Position numbers and translations under genes: made by a program
Part shown: positions 17,340-27,497 of the stretch, in pieces
Position numbering within the stretch: position 1 is the first letter of the stretch
How the letters are laid out: every line of letters begins with the position of its first letter
Notes under the pieces: generated by a model
Seen by the model: the letters and a program-made list of their open reading frames with translations, nothing else
Told to the model about the DNA's origin: nothing
The model's database searches: none
DNA from: an uncultured Bacteroidales bacterium
GTDB lineage: Bacteria; Bacteroidota; Bacteroidia; Bacteroidales; UBA932
DNA: 64,000 nt
Direction of reading: 5' to 3'
NCBI GenBank assembly: GCA_905233345.1
Contig: CAJODQ010000006.1
Span: 1-64,000, forward strand

Positions 17340-18431
17340 ATGACCAAACTCTTTATACCTATGCGCAAACTATCTCTCCGGGGAGTCCTCGGACTCGCCT
17401 TGGCCATCGTTATGGCCGGAAGCCTGGCTATCAGCTGCAGTATTGATCTTGATTCCCAATACACGCAACTCCAGGAAATTGCTGAAGAAATTCAAAGCAG
17501 CGATGACGGCCTGATCAGCGTCACTTCGCTCACCACGGGCGACTACATCCTCAAATTCAAGGACCGCGGCCGTGTATCCATTCCCGCCATGCCCGGCCAG
17601 GACAACGCCATCAAAAGCGTTATCGAAAGTGACGACGACTTTGTCTTTGTTTTCGCTGACGGCTCGACCATCGCGCTTCCGCGCTACTACGAAACTTATG
17701 TGCTGACTTTCGAAGACAAGGATTACAAAGGTCCGGCCAACACCAGAACCTACTGGAGCTCGATGATCGACGAACCGCAGTACGGCGGTCCCATCCTCTA
17801 TGGAGACGGCTGCACTTGGGCTGACCAGTATAATACCTGGCTCTCCGGCACAGTGCTCCCTTACGACGCTACGACCTGGTCCGGCGGTCTGTCCGGCGGC
17901 GGCATCGCCATCTCCAACTATGGCAACGGCATGCTGGCCGGTGCCGACTACACCCGGCAGCTCGAAGTGTACAACCCGGCTTTGGACGGTGCCGGACGCA
18001 AGGGCTGCGGCAACAACGGTTCCGACAACTTTGCCATTATCTATGACGCAGGCTACTGGGGCACCAATCCGGCCGCAATCACCATGACGGACGGTAAACC
18101 TCGTGTCGTCGAATCGGTCTACGTGAACAACACCTGCTACACGATGAATTTCCTGGTTAACGGCGACGCCTACAATCCGCCCATGGCGGCTGACGGCTAT
18201 TTCAAGGTCGTTGCCACCGGCTATGTCGATAATGAAATCACTGGCACCCTCGATTTCGTCCTTGCCAGCAACGATGAATATGTGACTTACTGGGCCAAAT
18301 GGAGACTGGCCGAACTGGGCGCCGTCGACAAGATCACCTTCATGATCTACGGCTCGGATGATCTGTACGGTGACTGGGGCTTCAACGCACCGGCTTACTT
18401 CGCCATCGACGACATCGCCGTCCGCAAATAA
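17340..18431 (+). CDS. surface lipoprotein, DUF4465-like (candidate BtuH-type corrinoid-binding protein), first gene of the B12 locus
   Basis: Signal peptide and lipobox LAISC. No enzymatic motifs. Position directly after a cobalamin riboswitch and upstream of btuB/btuG. The family assignment rests on context and on my memory of the DUF4465/BtuH description. Confidence 0.6.
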   Translation: MTKLFIPMRKLSLRGVLGLALAIVMAGSLAISCSIDLDSQYTQLQEIAEEIQSSDDGLISVTSLTTGDYILKFKDRGRVSIPAMPGQDNAIKSVIESDDDFVFVFADGSTIALPRYYETYVLTFEDKDYKGPANTRTYWSSMIDEPQYGGPILYGDGCTWADQYNTWLSGTVLPYDATTWSGGLSGGGIAISNYGNGMLAGADYTRQLEVYNPALDGAGRKGCGNNGSDNFAIIYDAGYWGTNPAAITMTDGKPRVVESVYVNNTCYTMNFLVNGDAYNPPMAADGYFKVVATGYVDNEITGTLDFVLASNDEYVTYWAKWRLAELGAVDKITFMIYGSDDLYGDWGFNAPAYFAIDDIAVRK

Positions 18432-18446
18432 GTCTGGAAAGCCTGC

Positions 18447-19985
18447 ATGCGGCGTCTTTCCATATACGTTTTACTGATCGTTTCGCTCTTTGGAGCGAGC
18501 GGGTGTCCACAGGGGGCGGATGAGGGTCTGCCCCCTGTCATCACCCTGCCCGACGGCAACAGCTATTCGGTCGAACGCGGAGAAAGCCTCACGCTTTCTC
18601 CGGTATTTGCCAATCTGACCCCCACCGCCCGGATCCAGTGGCTCCGCAACGGGCAGGTGGTCGGAAGCGGCACCAGCTTCATCTTCCAGGGGGAAGAAGT
18701 GGGAGTTTTCTACTTCACCGTGGAGGTAACCACCGAATATGGAAAGGCAGCCAAAGAAATCCGCATCAACGTCCGACAGGAAGAACAACCTCCGACGCCG
18801 CCGGTCCCTCCGGAGCCACCGGATCCCCCGGGACCGACACCTACGCCGCCAGACTCCACACTCTCACCGGTCCTGCAGGCCGCCTATCTGTTTGAACAGA
18901 AGCAGTATAACGTGTCGCAGGGACGCAGCATCCGCCTGCAGCCCCTGGATATCGACAGCACCCATCATTTCCATTTCGACTGGTTCGTCGACGGAAAGCT
19001 TATGCAGGAAGGCGACGCAGCGCTCTACCGCTTTGAAGCCACGGAGCAGGGCACCCATACGGTGATCCTGCAGGGATCATTGGACGAAGGCGGCGTGCGG
19101 CACGACACGCTTTCGGTCGTGGTCTGCCCGCCGGAAGGCACCTTCCGCCGCGCGTCCTCTGCCACCAGCAGTCCGTATGCCGACCAGGTGCTGCTGTACC
19201 TGCCGGCGCCCGGCCAGTTTATCAATGAAAACTACACGGCCACGACACAGGAGGAAGCCTGCGCCTATGCGGCGGGGCAGCTGAAAGAAAACAAATACGT
19301 CTCCCTCGGCGCTTTCGGCGGAACGCTCGTGCTGGGCTTCGACCACAGCGTCGCCAACGACGGGGCGTACAATTTCGCCGTCAAACACAACGCCTATACC
19401 AACAATTCGGAACCCGGTATCGTCTGGGTCTCTCAGGATGAAAATGGCGACGGCTTGCCCAACGACACCTGGTACGAACTCAAGGGTTCTGAATACGGTC
19501 TTGACGGCACAGTACAGGACTATGCCGTAACCTACTATCGCCCCGCGGCTCCGGGCCAGCCTGTGGCCTGGACCGACAACCGCGGCGGCAGCGGCAGCAT
19601 CGACTACCTGGCGCAATACCACAAACAGGACTACTACTACCCGAACTGGGTCGGAGCGGACCGGTATACGCTCCGCGGCACGCGCCTGGAAGCCCGCAAC
19701 TACGACCAGTCCGGCCGCGGCACTTACTGGGTCAATCCGGACTACGACTGGGGCTATGCCGACAATTTCAACGCCACCGACATGCTGCCCGACGTGGCGA
19801 CAGGCATCACGCGGGGCTGCAACCATTTTAAGATCTCCAACGCCGTGACCTATGACGGCCAGCCGGCGAACCTGCAGTACATCGACTTCGTGAAGGTACA
19901 GACCGGCCTCAACGCCAAGAGCGGCTGGCTCGGCGAAGTGTCGACCGAAGTTTTCCGCGTCATCGACTACAACCTGGTGAAATGA
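18447..19985 (+). CDS. surface lipoprotein with N-terminal Ig-like domain, Pro-rich linker (PPTPPVPPEPPDPPGPTPTPP) and a large C-terminal domain of unknown function
   Basis: 512 aa. Lipoprotein signal LFGASGC. Sits between the BtuH-like gene and btuB under the riboswitch. Confidence 0.65.
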   Translation: MRRLSIYVLLIVSLFGASGCPQGADEGLPPVITLPDGNSYSVERGESLTLSPVFANLTPTARIQWLRNGQVVGSGTSFIFQGEEVGVFYFTVEVTTEYGKAAKEIRINVRQEEQPPTPPVPPEPPDPPGPTPTPPDSTLSPVLQAAYLFEQKQYNVSQGRSIRLQPLDIDSTHHFHFDWFVDGKLMQEGDAALYRFEATEQGTHTVILQGSLDEGGVRHDTLSVVVCPPEGTFRRASSATSSPYADQVLLYLPAPGQFINENYTATTQEEACAYAAGQLKENKYVSLGAFGGTLVLGFDHSVANDGAYNFAVKHNAYTNNSEPGIVWVSQDENGDGLPNDTWYELKGSEYGLDGTVQDYAVTYYRPAAPGQPVAWTDNRGGSGSIDYLAQYHKQDYYYPNWVGADRYTLRGTRLEARNYDQSGRGTYWVNPDYDWGYADNFNATDMLPDVATGITRGCNHFKISNAVTYDGQPANLQYIDFVKVQTGLNAKSGWLGEVSTEVFRVIDYNLVK

Positions 19986-21952
19986 TCCTGACCCTGCTGC
20001 TGATGCTGATGCTGCCGGCCTCGCCGCCAGACACGCTGGCGCTCGACGCCTCCGTGGTGTCCGCGTTCCGCCAGCCCGAAAAGATCATTCCCGCACAGAC
20101 CCTGCAGGGCGAGCAGCTGGAAAAACTCAACGCGCTCTCCGTGGCCGACGCCATCCGCTACTTCTCGGGCGTCCAGATCAAGGACTACGGCGGCATCGGC
20201 GGCCTGAAAACCATCAATGTCCGCAGCATGGGCACCCAGCACGTAGGCGTATTTTATGACGGCATCCAGCTGGGCAACGCCCAGAACGGGCAGATCGACC
20301 TGGGCAAGTATTCGCTCGAAAACATGGAGTCGGTGACCCTCTACAACGGGCAGAAGAGCACCGCTGTGCAGTCGGCCAAGGACTATGCCTCGGCCAGCGC
20401 CGTCTATCTCCAGACCCGAATGCCGGTGTTCAGCGGAAAGCGCCGCACCAACCTGAAAGCCACACTGGCGGGCGGCTCGTTCAGCACCATCAATCCCTCC
20501 GTGCTCTGGGAGCAGAAACTGGGCAACAGCGTCTCGAATTCCTTCAACGCCGAGTTTCTGACCACAAGCGGCAAATACAAGTTTACCTACCGGAAGAAAG
20601 ACGGCTACGACACCACGGCCGTGCGCCAGAACGGCGACGTGCGGGCCCTCCGCATCGAAGAGGGCCTCTTCGGCCGGATTCCGGAAGGGCAGTGGCGCCT
20701 CAAATTCTATTTCTACGATTCAGAGCGCGGCTACCCCGGCGCCTTCGTGCGCGAAGAACCGGGCAAGTTCCGCCACGAAGACCGGCAGTGGGATACGGAT
20801 TTCTTCACCCAGGGTTCCTTCTTCAAGAAATGGGGCGACTACCGCCTCAACGCCAGCTTCAAGTACGCCTACGACTACCTGCACTACCTGTCTGACCCGC
20901 GGCTCGACGTCTCCACGATGTATGTGGACAACCACTACCGGCAGCAGGAAGCCTACCTGTCGGTGGCCCAGTCCTATGATATTTTCAAATGGTGGGACGT
21001 GGACCTGGCGGCAGACTGGCAGTTCAACACGCTTGACGCCGACCTGGTGAACTTCGTGTATCCTTCGCGCAACACCCTGCTGGCAGCGCTGTCCACCTCG
21101 CTGCGCTGGCCGAAGCTCAAGCTGCAGGGCAGCGTACTCTACACCTTCGTCGACGACCAGGCCCGCGAAGCGGGCGCCGCGGCGGAAAGCCGCAGCGTCT
21201 GGACCCCCACCGCCGTGTTGCAGTTCATCCCGTTCCGCGACAAGAACTTCTCCATCCGGGCCTTCTACAAGCGCATTTTCCGCATGCCGACCCTCAACGA
21301 CCTCTACTATACCTTCATCGGCAACAAATACCTGAAGCCCGAGTTCAGCACCCAGTACGACGTGGGCCTCACCTGGGACAAATACTGGACCCGCGGCATC
21401 TTCAAGAAACTGAACCTTACCGTCGACGGCTACTACAACGTGGTGGAGAACAAGATCATCGCCACGCCTGCCTCCAACCAGTTCCAGTGGACGATGGTCA
21501 ACCTCGGCCTGGTGAAGATCCGCGGCATCGACGCGGCCGTCGGCACGGCACTGGCACTGGGCCCCGTCACGGCCGACCTGCGCGCCACCTACACCTACCA
21601 GAAAGCCCAGGACTTCACCGACCCGACGAGTCCCTGGTACGGCGGCCAGATCCCCTACATCCCCTGGCACAGTGGTTCCTTCACCGCTGCGTTCAGCTAC
21701 GCGGGCTGGAACCTCAACTACAGCTTCATCTATACGGGTGAACGCTACGAATCGGTGGCCAACATCCCCGAAAACCATGCCCAACCCTGGTATACCAGCG
21801 ATCTGTCGCTCTCACACAATTTCCCGCTGGGCAAGCACGCGCTTTGCGGCACGCTCGAGGTCAACAACATTTTCAACCAACAATACGAAGTTGTGCAATG
21901 TTATCCGATGCCCGGAACGAATTTTCGATTAATTTTGTCTTTCCTTTTGTAA
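19982..21952 (+). CDS. btuB: TonB-dependent receptor, BtuB-like (vitamin B12/corrinoid outer-membrane transporter)
   Basis: 656 aa. Plug domain (...NALSVADAIRYFSGVQIKDYGGIGGLKTINVRSMGTQHVGVFYDGIQLGNAQNGQIDLGKY...) followed by a beta-barrel ending ...YPMPGTNFRLILSFLL. Small size is typical of BtuB. Immediately followed by a BtuG-like gene. Confidence 0.85.
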   Translation: MILTLLLMLMLPASPPDTLALDASVVSAFRQPEKIIPAQTLQGEQLEKLNALSVADAIRYFSGVQIKDYGGIGGLKTINVRSMGTQHVGVFYDGIQLGNAQNGQIDLGKYSLENMESVTLYNGQKSTAVQSAKDYASASAVYLQTRMPVFSGKRRTNLKATLAGGSFSTINPSVLWEQKLGNSVSNSFNAEFLTTSGKYKFTYRKKDGYDTTAVRQNGDVRALRIEEGLFGRIPEGQWRLKFYFYDSERGYPGAFVREEPGKFRHEDRQWDTDFFTQGSFFKKWGDYRLNASFKYAYDYLHYLSDPRLDVSTMYVDNHYRQQEAYLSVAQSYDIFKWWDVDLAADWQFNTLDADLVNFVYPSRNTLLAALSTSLRWPKLKLQGSVLYTFVDDQAREAGAAAESRSVWTPTAVLQFIPFRDKNFSIRAFYKRIFRMPTLNDLYYTFIGNKYLKPEFSTQYDVGLTWDKYWTRGIFKKLNLTVDGYYNVVENKIIATPASNQFQWTMVNLGLVKIRGIDAAVGTALALGPVTADLRATYTYQKAQDFTDPTSPWYGGQIPYIPWHSGSFTAAFSYAGWNLNYSFIYTGERYESVANIPENHAQPWYTSDLSLSHNFPLGKHALCGTLEVNNIFNQQYEVVQCYPMPGTNFRLILSFLL

Positions 21953-21957
21953 CGAAG

Positions 21958-23100
21958 ATGAAACGTCTCTGCCTGCTGCTGCTTTTGCCGGTCCTCCTGT
22001 TTTCCGGCTGTCGGACCATCGAACCGGTCACTCCGTCTGAAAAGACGGACGTTGGCGGTGGCGACGCGGGCGATATCGCCGGATTCTACCTGCTGAACGA
22101 AGGCAATATGGGCAGCAACAAGTGTACGCTCGACTACTACGACTACGCAAGCGGCATCTACAGGAAGAACATTTATGCAGAGCGCAATCCCGGCGTGGTG
22201 CAGGAACTGGGCGATGTGGGCAACGACCTGCAGATCTATGGCAAGCGGCTCTACGCCGTGGTCAACTGCTCGAACCTCGTGGAGGTGATGGATGCCACCA
22301 CCGCCCGGCACATCGGCCAGGTGTCGGTGCCCAACTGCCGCTATATCGTGTTCAAGGATCAGTATGCTTATGTGAGCTCTTATGCCGGTCCGGTGGAGGT
22401 TGATCCCAACTACCGCCTGGGCTATGTGGCCAAGATCGATACGGCCTCGCTGCGCGTAGTGGACACCTGCGTGGTGGGCTACCAGCCGGAAGAGATGGTC
22501 ATCAAAGGCAACAAACTCTACGTAGCCAACTCAGGCGGCTACCGCGTGCCCGACTATGACAATACGGTGTCCGTCATCGACCTGTCCTCTTTCAAGGAAA
22601 CCAAAAAGATCGAGGTAGCGCCCAACCTGCACCGCATGGAACTCGACGCCTACGGCAAGATCTGGGTATCCAGCCGGGGCGATTACTACGATATCGAGCC
22701 GATGACCTATATCATCGACACCCAAACCGACCAGGTGATCGAATGCATGGAACTGCTCGCCTGCTCCGACATGACCCTCTGCGGCGACTCGCTCTATGTC
22801 TACAACAACGCCTGGAGCTATGTCACGCAGACCAGTGACGTGAACTACGCCATCGTCAACGTCAAGACCCATCAGGTGGTGACGCGCCGCTTCATCACCG
22901 ACGGCACGGAAGCCCAGTTCCAAAATCCCTACGGCATCGCCGTCAACCCCAACACCCGGGAAATCTTTGTGACCGATGCCCGCGACTACATCACCCCGGG
23001 CAAAATCTATTGCTACACACCGGAAGGCCGGCTGAAATGGAGCACCAACACCGGTGACATCCCCTCGCGCATCGCCTTTACGCATCAACGCCTGCAATGA
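21958..23100 (+). CDS. btuG: BtuG-like YncE-type beta-propeller surface lipoprotein (B12-capturing partner of BtuB)
   Basis: Start at the internal ATG (MKRLCLLLLLPVLLFSGC lipobox). Repeated beta-propeller blades (...KLYVANSGGYRVPDYDNTVSVIDL..., ...REIFVTDARDY...). Position directly downstream of btuB. Confidence 0.75.
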   Translation: MKRLCLLLLLPVLLFSGCRTIEPVTPSEKTDVGGGDAGDIAGFYLLNEGNMGSNKCTLDYYDYASGIYRKNIYAERNPGVVQELGDVGNDLQIYGKRLYAVVNCSNLVEVMDATTARHIGQVSVPNCRYIVFKDQYAYVSSYAGPVEVDPNYRLGYVAKIDTASLRVVDTCVVGYQPEEMVIKGNKLYVANSGGYRVPDYDNTVSVIDLSSFKETKKIEVAPNLHRMELDAYGKIWVSSRGDYYDIEPMTYIIDTQTDQVIECMELLACSDMTLCGDSLYVYNNAWSYVTQTSDVNYAIVNVKTHQVVTRRFITDGTEAQFQNPYGIAVNPNTREIFVTDARDYITPGKIYCYTPEGRLKWSTNTGDIPSRIAFTHQRLQ

Positions 23101-24233
23101 GACGGTCGCTGCACATCCTCCCGCTGATCGCCCTCCTCGGGCTGCTGCTCGCCTCCTGCGGAGGCCGGCAGAGCACCGCAAAGCCCGACTTGCGCGCCGC
23201 CGACACCATCCGTTACGCCCGGAACCTCCATATCGAATACTTCGACGACTACGTCTCGGTCCGCATCCGCGACCCCTGGGACACGCTGCGGCAGCGGCAG
23301 CACTATGTGCTGGTCGACCGTACCCGGCCCCTGCCCGCGGGACTGCCGGAAGGCGGCATCGTGATCCGCGTCCCCGTGGAGAAAGCCGTCATCTACACCT
23401 CCGTCCATACCGCCATCGCGGAAGAACTGGGTGCGCTGGACCGCGTCTGCGGCGTCTGCGAGCCGCAGTACATCATCTCGCCGGTGGTGCTGCAGCGCAT
23501 TGACGAAGGCCGCATCGCCGATCTGGGCGTGTCGACCTCACCCAACGTGGAGAAGATCATCGACATCGGTACCGAGATGATCATCGCCTCGCCCTTCGAG
23601 AACAGCGGTTACGGCTCCGCTGAGAAACTCGGCATCCCCATCGTGGAAGCCGCCGACTACATGGAAAATCATCCGCTGGGGCGCACGGAGTGGGTGCTCT
23701 TCTATGGCCTGCTGCTGGGCGAGCGTGAAGCCGCCGAGCAGGTCTTCGCCCGTACCGAGGCCCGTTACAACGAACTCAAGGCCCTGGCTGCGCAGGTGGA
23801 TCATCGCCCCACTGTCGTGTTGGAGCGCCGCTACGGCACTTCCTGGGCGGTCCCGGCTGGTGAGAGCTATATCGGCGTAATGCACGCCGACGCCGGCGCG
23901 GATTATATCTTCCGCTATCTGAAAGGCGCCCGGAGCGTCCACTTCACCTTCGAATCCGTCTTCGACCAGGCCGGCGACGCCGATTTCTGGCTCCTCAAAT
24001 ATGACACCCGCGCGCCGCTGACCTACCGGCTCCTGGCCCAGGAATACGAACCCTACGCCAACTTCCGTCCCTGGAAAGAACGCCGCGTCTTCGCCTGCAA
24101 CACCATCACTTCCACATATTACGATGACATTACCCTCCACCCCGACCGGGTGCTGGAAGACCTGATCGCCATCTATCATCCCGACCTGCTGCCCGGGCAC
24201 GTGCAGCGCTATTATTTCCCGCTCGATGAATAA
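23097..24233 (+). CDS. btuF: ABC transporter periplasmic substrate-binding protein, BtuF/FecB (cluster A, TroA-like) family
   Basis: 378 aa lipoprotein (LLASCGG). Cluster A substrate-binding fold. Followed by FecCD permease and ATPase genes. Confidence 0.8.
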   Translation: MRRSLHILPLIALLGLLLASCGGRQSTAKPDLRAADTIRYARNLHIEYFDDYVSVRIRDPWDTLRQRQHYVLVDRTRPLPAGLPEGGIVIRVPVEKAVIYTSVHTAIAEELGALDRVCGVCEPQYIISPVVLQRIDEGRIADLGVSTSPNVEKIIDIGTEMIIASPFENSGYGSAEKLGIPIVEAADYMENHPLGRTEWVLFYGLLLGEREAAEQVFARTEARYNELKALAAQVDHRPTVVLERRYGTSWAVPAGESYIGVMHADAGADYIFRYLKGARSVHFTFESVFDQAGDADFWLLKYDTRAPLTYRLLAQEYEPYANFRPWKERRVFACNTITSTYYDDITLHPDRVLEDLIAIYHPDLLPGHVQRYYFPLDE

Positions 24234-25233
24234 GCGCAAACTCCAATGGATCTATGCAGGGCTTTCCCTGGCCGTGGTCGCGCTCTTCTGCGGCGGGCTC
24301 TTCTACGGTGCCGTGCACATCCCGTTCAAGGACGTAGTGCAGATCCTTCTGCGCAACTACGAAGGGAAGGAGGCCTGGCAGCACATCGTGCTGGAATCGC
24401 GCCTCCCGCAGACCGTTACCGCCCTGCTGGCCGGCGCTTCGCTCGCCGTCAGCGGCCTGATGCTCCAGACCCTCTTCAAGAACCCGCTGGCCGGACCGTC
24501 GATCCTGGGTATCAGCGACGGCGCCAACCTGGGCGTGGCCATTGCCATGATCTATCTGGGAGCCGCCAGCTACCTGACCACCATCGTGGCCGCACTGATC
24601 GGCGCCTTCGCGGTGCTGCTCATCATCCTGGGCTTCTCGCGGAAAGTGTCGAGCAACGTGATGCTGCTGATTATCGGCATCATGGTCGGCTACCTGGCTT
24701 CGTCGGTCATCGCCATCCTCAACTTCCATGCGTCGGCCGACAAGGTGCATCAGTTCGTGATGTGGGGCATGGGCGATTTCAGTGGTGTTTCGCTCTCGAA
24801 GCTGCCCTGGCTGGCTGGCTTCTCCGTGGCCGGACTCCTCTGCGCCCTGCTGCTCACCAAGCCGCTCAACGCGCTGCTCCTGGGCGACGCCTACGCCGCC
24901 AACCTGGGTGTCAACGTGCGCCGGGCCCGTGTACTCATTCTTATCTGCACCGGCGTGCTGACCGCCGTGGTCACCGCATTCTGCGGGCCCATCTCCTTCA
25001 TCGGGCTGGCCGTGCCGCACATCGCCCGCCTGCTGCTGGGCAGTTCCAACCACCGGCACCTGCTGCCCGTTACGCTGCTGGCCGGCGCCTGTGTCGCCCT
25101 GCTGTGCAGTATGCTGACCGTCCTGCCGGGTTCCGGCAATGTGCTCCCGCTGAGCGCCATCACGCCCATCATCGGCGCACCGGTCATCATCTACGTCATC
25201 GTCAACCGCAAGAATATCCATTACTTCAATTGA
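24226..25233 (+). CDS. btuC: FecCD-family ABC permease (BtuC-like)
   Basis: 335 aa, ~9 TM helices. ...LAGASLAVSGLMLQTLFKNPLAGPSILGISDGANLG... is characteristic of FecCD/BtuC. Confidence 0.9.
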   Translation: MNKRKLQWIYAGLSLAVVALFCGGLFYGAVHIPFKDVVQILLRNYEGKEAWQHIVLESRLPQTVTALLAGASLAVSGLMLQTLFKNPLAGPSILGISDGANLGVAIAMIYLGAASYLTTIVAALIGAFAVLLIILGFSRKVSSNVMLLIIGIMVGYLASSVIAILNFHASADKVHQFVMWGMGDFSGVSLSKLPWLAGFSVAGLLCALLLTKPLNALLLGDAYAANLGVNVRRARVLILICTGVLTAVVTAFCGPISFIGLAVPHIARLLLGSSNHRHLLPVTLLAGACVALLCSMLTVLPGSGNVLPLSAITPIIGAPVIIYVIVNRKNIHYFN

Positions 25234-25234
25234 T

Positions 25235-26038
25235 ATGAAACGCGCCATCGCCATCAGCACCCACCAGCTCAGCATCGGCTACACCGGCCGGGGCGGACGG
25301 CGCGTGATCCATCCGGACCTCGACCTGCAGTTGCTTACGGGCGAAGTCACGGCCCTACTGGGCAGCAACGGCGCCGGCAAGAGCACCCTGCTCAAGACCC
25401 TCTGCGGCTTGCTGCCGTCCCTGCACGGCGACATTTTCATTGAAGGAAAACCCTTGGCCGGCTTCCGCTCCGGCGAACTCGCGACGCGGGTGGGCGTGGT
25501 GCTGACCGAGCGCACCCAGACCGGCGGCATCAGTGTCTACGACCTGGTCTCGCTGGGGCGCTATCCGCACACCGGCTTTTTCGGCACCCTGCGCGAGGAA
25601 GACCACGCCATCATCCAACAGGCCCTCATCACCGTCGGCATCGCCGACAAGGCGCAGCGCTTCATCTCCGAACTGAGCGACGGCGAGCGCCAGAAAGCCT
25701 TCATCGCCAAGGTTCTGGCGCAGGAATGCCCCATCATCCTGCTTGACGAACCCACCGCCTTCCTCGATGTCACCAGCCGCATGGAGACCATGATCACCCT
25801 GCGGCGGCTCGCCCACCGGGAAGGCAAAGCCATCCTGCTTTCCACCCACGACCTCGACACCGCGCTGCAACTGGCCGACAAACTCTGGCTCCAGCCCGCC
25901 AACCCGGCGGAAAACATGATCTGCGGCACGCCCGACCAACTGGTGGCCAATGGCGCCCTGACGCGTTTCTTCGGCAGCAAAACCCTCCGTTTCGATCCCG
26001 AAACCCGGAGGCTCGTTCCCGTCACCCGAAAAAAATAA
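25235..26038 (+). CDS. btuD: ABC transporter ATP-binding protein (BtuD/FecE-like)
   Basis: Walker A LLGSNGAGKST, signature LSDGERQ, Walker B ILLLDEPTAFLD. Confidence 0.9.
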   Translation: MKRAIAISTHQLSIGYTGRGGRRVIHPDLDLQLLTGEVTALLGSNGAGKSTLLKTLCGLLPSLHGDIFIEGKPLAGFRSGELATRVGVVLTERTQTGGISVYDLVSLGRYPHTGFFGTLREEDHAIIQQALITVGIADKAQRFISELSDGERQKAFIAKVLAQECPIILLDEPTAFLDVTSRMETMITLRRLAHREGKAILLSTHDLDTALQLADKLWLQPANPAENMICGTPDQLVANGALTRFFGSKTLRFDPETRRLVPVTRKK

Positions 26039-26112
26039 GAGACCCCCTGTCGGGGATCTCCATCAGCCATCTCAAGCGCTCCATTTGTCATCTCGAGCGC
26101 TGTCGAGAGATC

Positions 26113-26442
26113 TTATTCAGCCTCGATCGGCGTGACCGGAATCTCCGGCACTCCCTCCACGGGAACGCTCTGCTCGATCTGGTTCTTGATGTTGGAATGG
26201 CGCGCGCTCCGCTCGGGGATCACGAAGGTCGCCGCGATGCAGAGAACGATGATCGTAAATGCCAGCGTCCAGGTTGCTTTTTCCAGGAAGTCGGCCGTCT
26301 GACGCACACCGAAGGTCTGGTTGCCGGTAGCGAAGTTGGCTGCCAGTCCGCCGCCCTTCGAGTTCTGGAGAAGAACCACGATGGTCAGGAGAATACTCGC
26401 AATCACGATCAGGATGGAGAGTGTGATATACGCTGCTTGCAT
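26113..26442 (-). CDS. secG: preprotein translocase subunit SecG
   Basis: 109 aa with two TM helices. LLQNSKGGGL...FGVRQTADFLEKATWTLAFTIIVLCIA matches SecG. Confidence 0.8.
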   Translation of the reverse strand: MQAAYITLSILIVIASILLTIVVLLQNSKGGGLAANFATGNQTFGVRQTADFLEKATWTLAFTIIVLCIAATFVIPERSARHSNIKNQIEQSVPVEGVPEIPVTPIEAE

Positions 26443-26445
26443 AGT

Positions 26446-26991
26446 CTATTGTGTTTTTTCTTTTACTTTTTCTATAAGAGCCGCAAAGTAAGCACTTTTT
26501 TCTGGATTTAGCAAAATAAGTTTTTCGTAAATCGCAATGGCTCGGTCATAAAGCTCCTGTTCGGTATAGATACGGGCGAGCGTTTCGCTGACCATGCTGC
26601 CGTCAGCGTCGACCACCACGGTCTCGGCGGGTGCATAGTCCACGCTGCCGGCCCGCGCGCCGAAAACCGGCGTCGTCACGGAGAATCCTTCCGCCTGCAG
26701 GCGATCGAAATCTTCCTGGCCGAAATAGTCGCCGCCCACCACATAATACTGGGGTTTGGCGGGTTCCTGCACCAGCGGCACCGGTTCTTCGGCCGGCACT
26801 TTTCCGGTGAGGATGCGCAGCAGCTCGTCGCGCGAGAGGAAGAAGATGGCGTCGCGTCCGACGGCCCGGCGTAGGGCCTCCTCGTCGTCACCTTGGCGGG
26901 AAAGGGCTTCCCGGCGCGCCACGGTGAACCAGGGATGGTCTTCGAGCAGCTGCTGAAGCCCGGCGGAGGAGAGTTGGGCAAGGTCTACCAT
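26446..26991 (-). CDS. hypothetical protein
   Basis: 181-aa ORF with coding-like composition, tightly packed between the secG and LptE-like genes. No recognisable motif. Confidence 0.55.
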   Translation of the reverse strand: MVDLAQLSSAGLQQLLEDHPWFTVARREALSRQGDDEEALRRAVGRDAIFFLSRDELLRILTGKVPAEEPVPLVQEPAKPQYYVVGGDYFGQEDFDRLQAEGFSVTTPVFGARAGSVDYAPAETVVVDADGSMVSETLARIYTEQELYDRAIAIYEKLILLNPEKSAYFAALIEKVKEKTQ

Positions 26992-27497
26992 TGTGCTACC
27001 GTTGCATTGAAAATGTCATCCACGATTTTCTTGACGATGGTCTCGCAGAGCTGGTTCTCCACCATGTCGAGGGAGTTGTTGGAATCGTAGTCCTCGTAGG
27101 ACGCGAACGACTGCTCCAGGTTGTCTTCCGGATGAAGCACATTGGTGAAGACCACCTTGCAGGTGACGGTCAACCGGTTCATGGCGGCCACTTCATCGGC
27201 CGTAACGGCCGTGGCACGCACATCGTACGACTCGATGGTGACCAGCAGGTTCAGGTCTCCCTCTTCGGATACTTGCTCCAGCCTGGTGAGCTTGCGGTAT
27301 TTGTCGTTGAGTTCTTCGGTCAGCTGGTTTGCCAGGGAGGGATTGACTTTGGTCGCCCGGTTGACCACGGGCTCAATGCAGATGGTCTTGACATCCGACT
27401 GGATGGAGGTGCCGGAGAACGAATAGGAAATCTTGCACCCCGCCAGTAGCGGCAGCAGGGCAATCAGGCAGGCCAGGATGCGGATATGTCGTTTCAT
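26985..27497 (-). CDS. LptE-like lipoprotein (putative LPS-assembly lipoprotein)
   Basis: 170 aa. Lipobox LLAGCKISY. Size and position downstream of the sigma54 regulator follow the Bacteroidetes arrangement as I recall it; the family call is tentative. Confidence 0.55.
   Translation of the reverse strand: MKRHIRILACLIALLPLLAGCKISYSFSGTSIQSDVKTICIEPVVNRATKVNPSLANQLTEELNDKYRKLTRLEQVSEEGDLNLLVTIESYDVRATAVTADEVAAMNRLTVTCKVVFTNVLHPEDNLEQSFASYEDYDSNNSLDMVENQLCETIVKKIVDDIFNATVAQW

Noticed and set aside
19982-21952. Unusual C-terminal residues (…SFLL) of the BtuB-like receptor and (…SLKLL) of the 999-aa protein instead of a terminal aromatic
   Set aside because: The frame and the preceding conserved YPMPGxNFRL motif are intact. 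This is probably lineage-specific variation and not evidence of a frameshift.
26039-26112. Imperfect palindromes (GAGACCCCCTGTCGGGGATCTC; ATCTCAAGCGCT / ATCTCGAGCGCT direct repeat) between convergent btuD and secG
   Set aside because: Stems are imperfect and lack a clear T-run. A weak bidirectional terminator is possible but not supportable as a feature.
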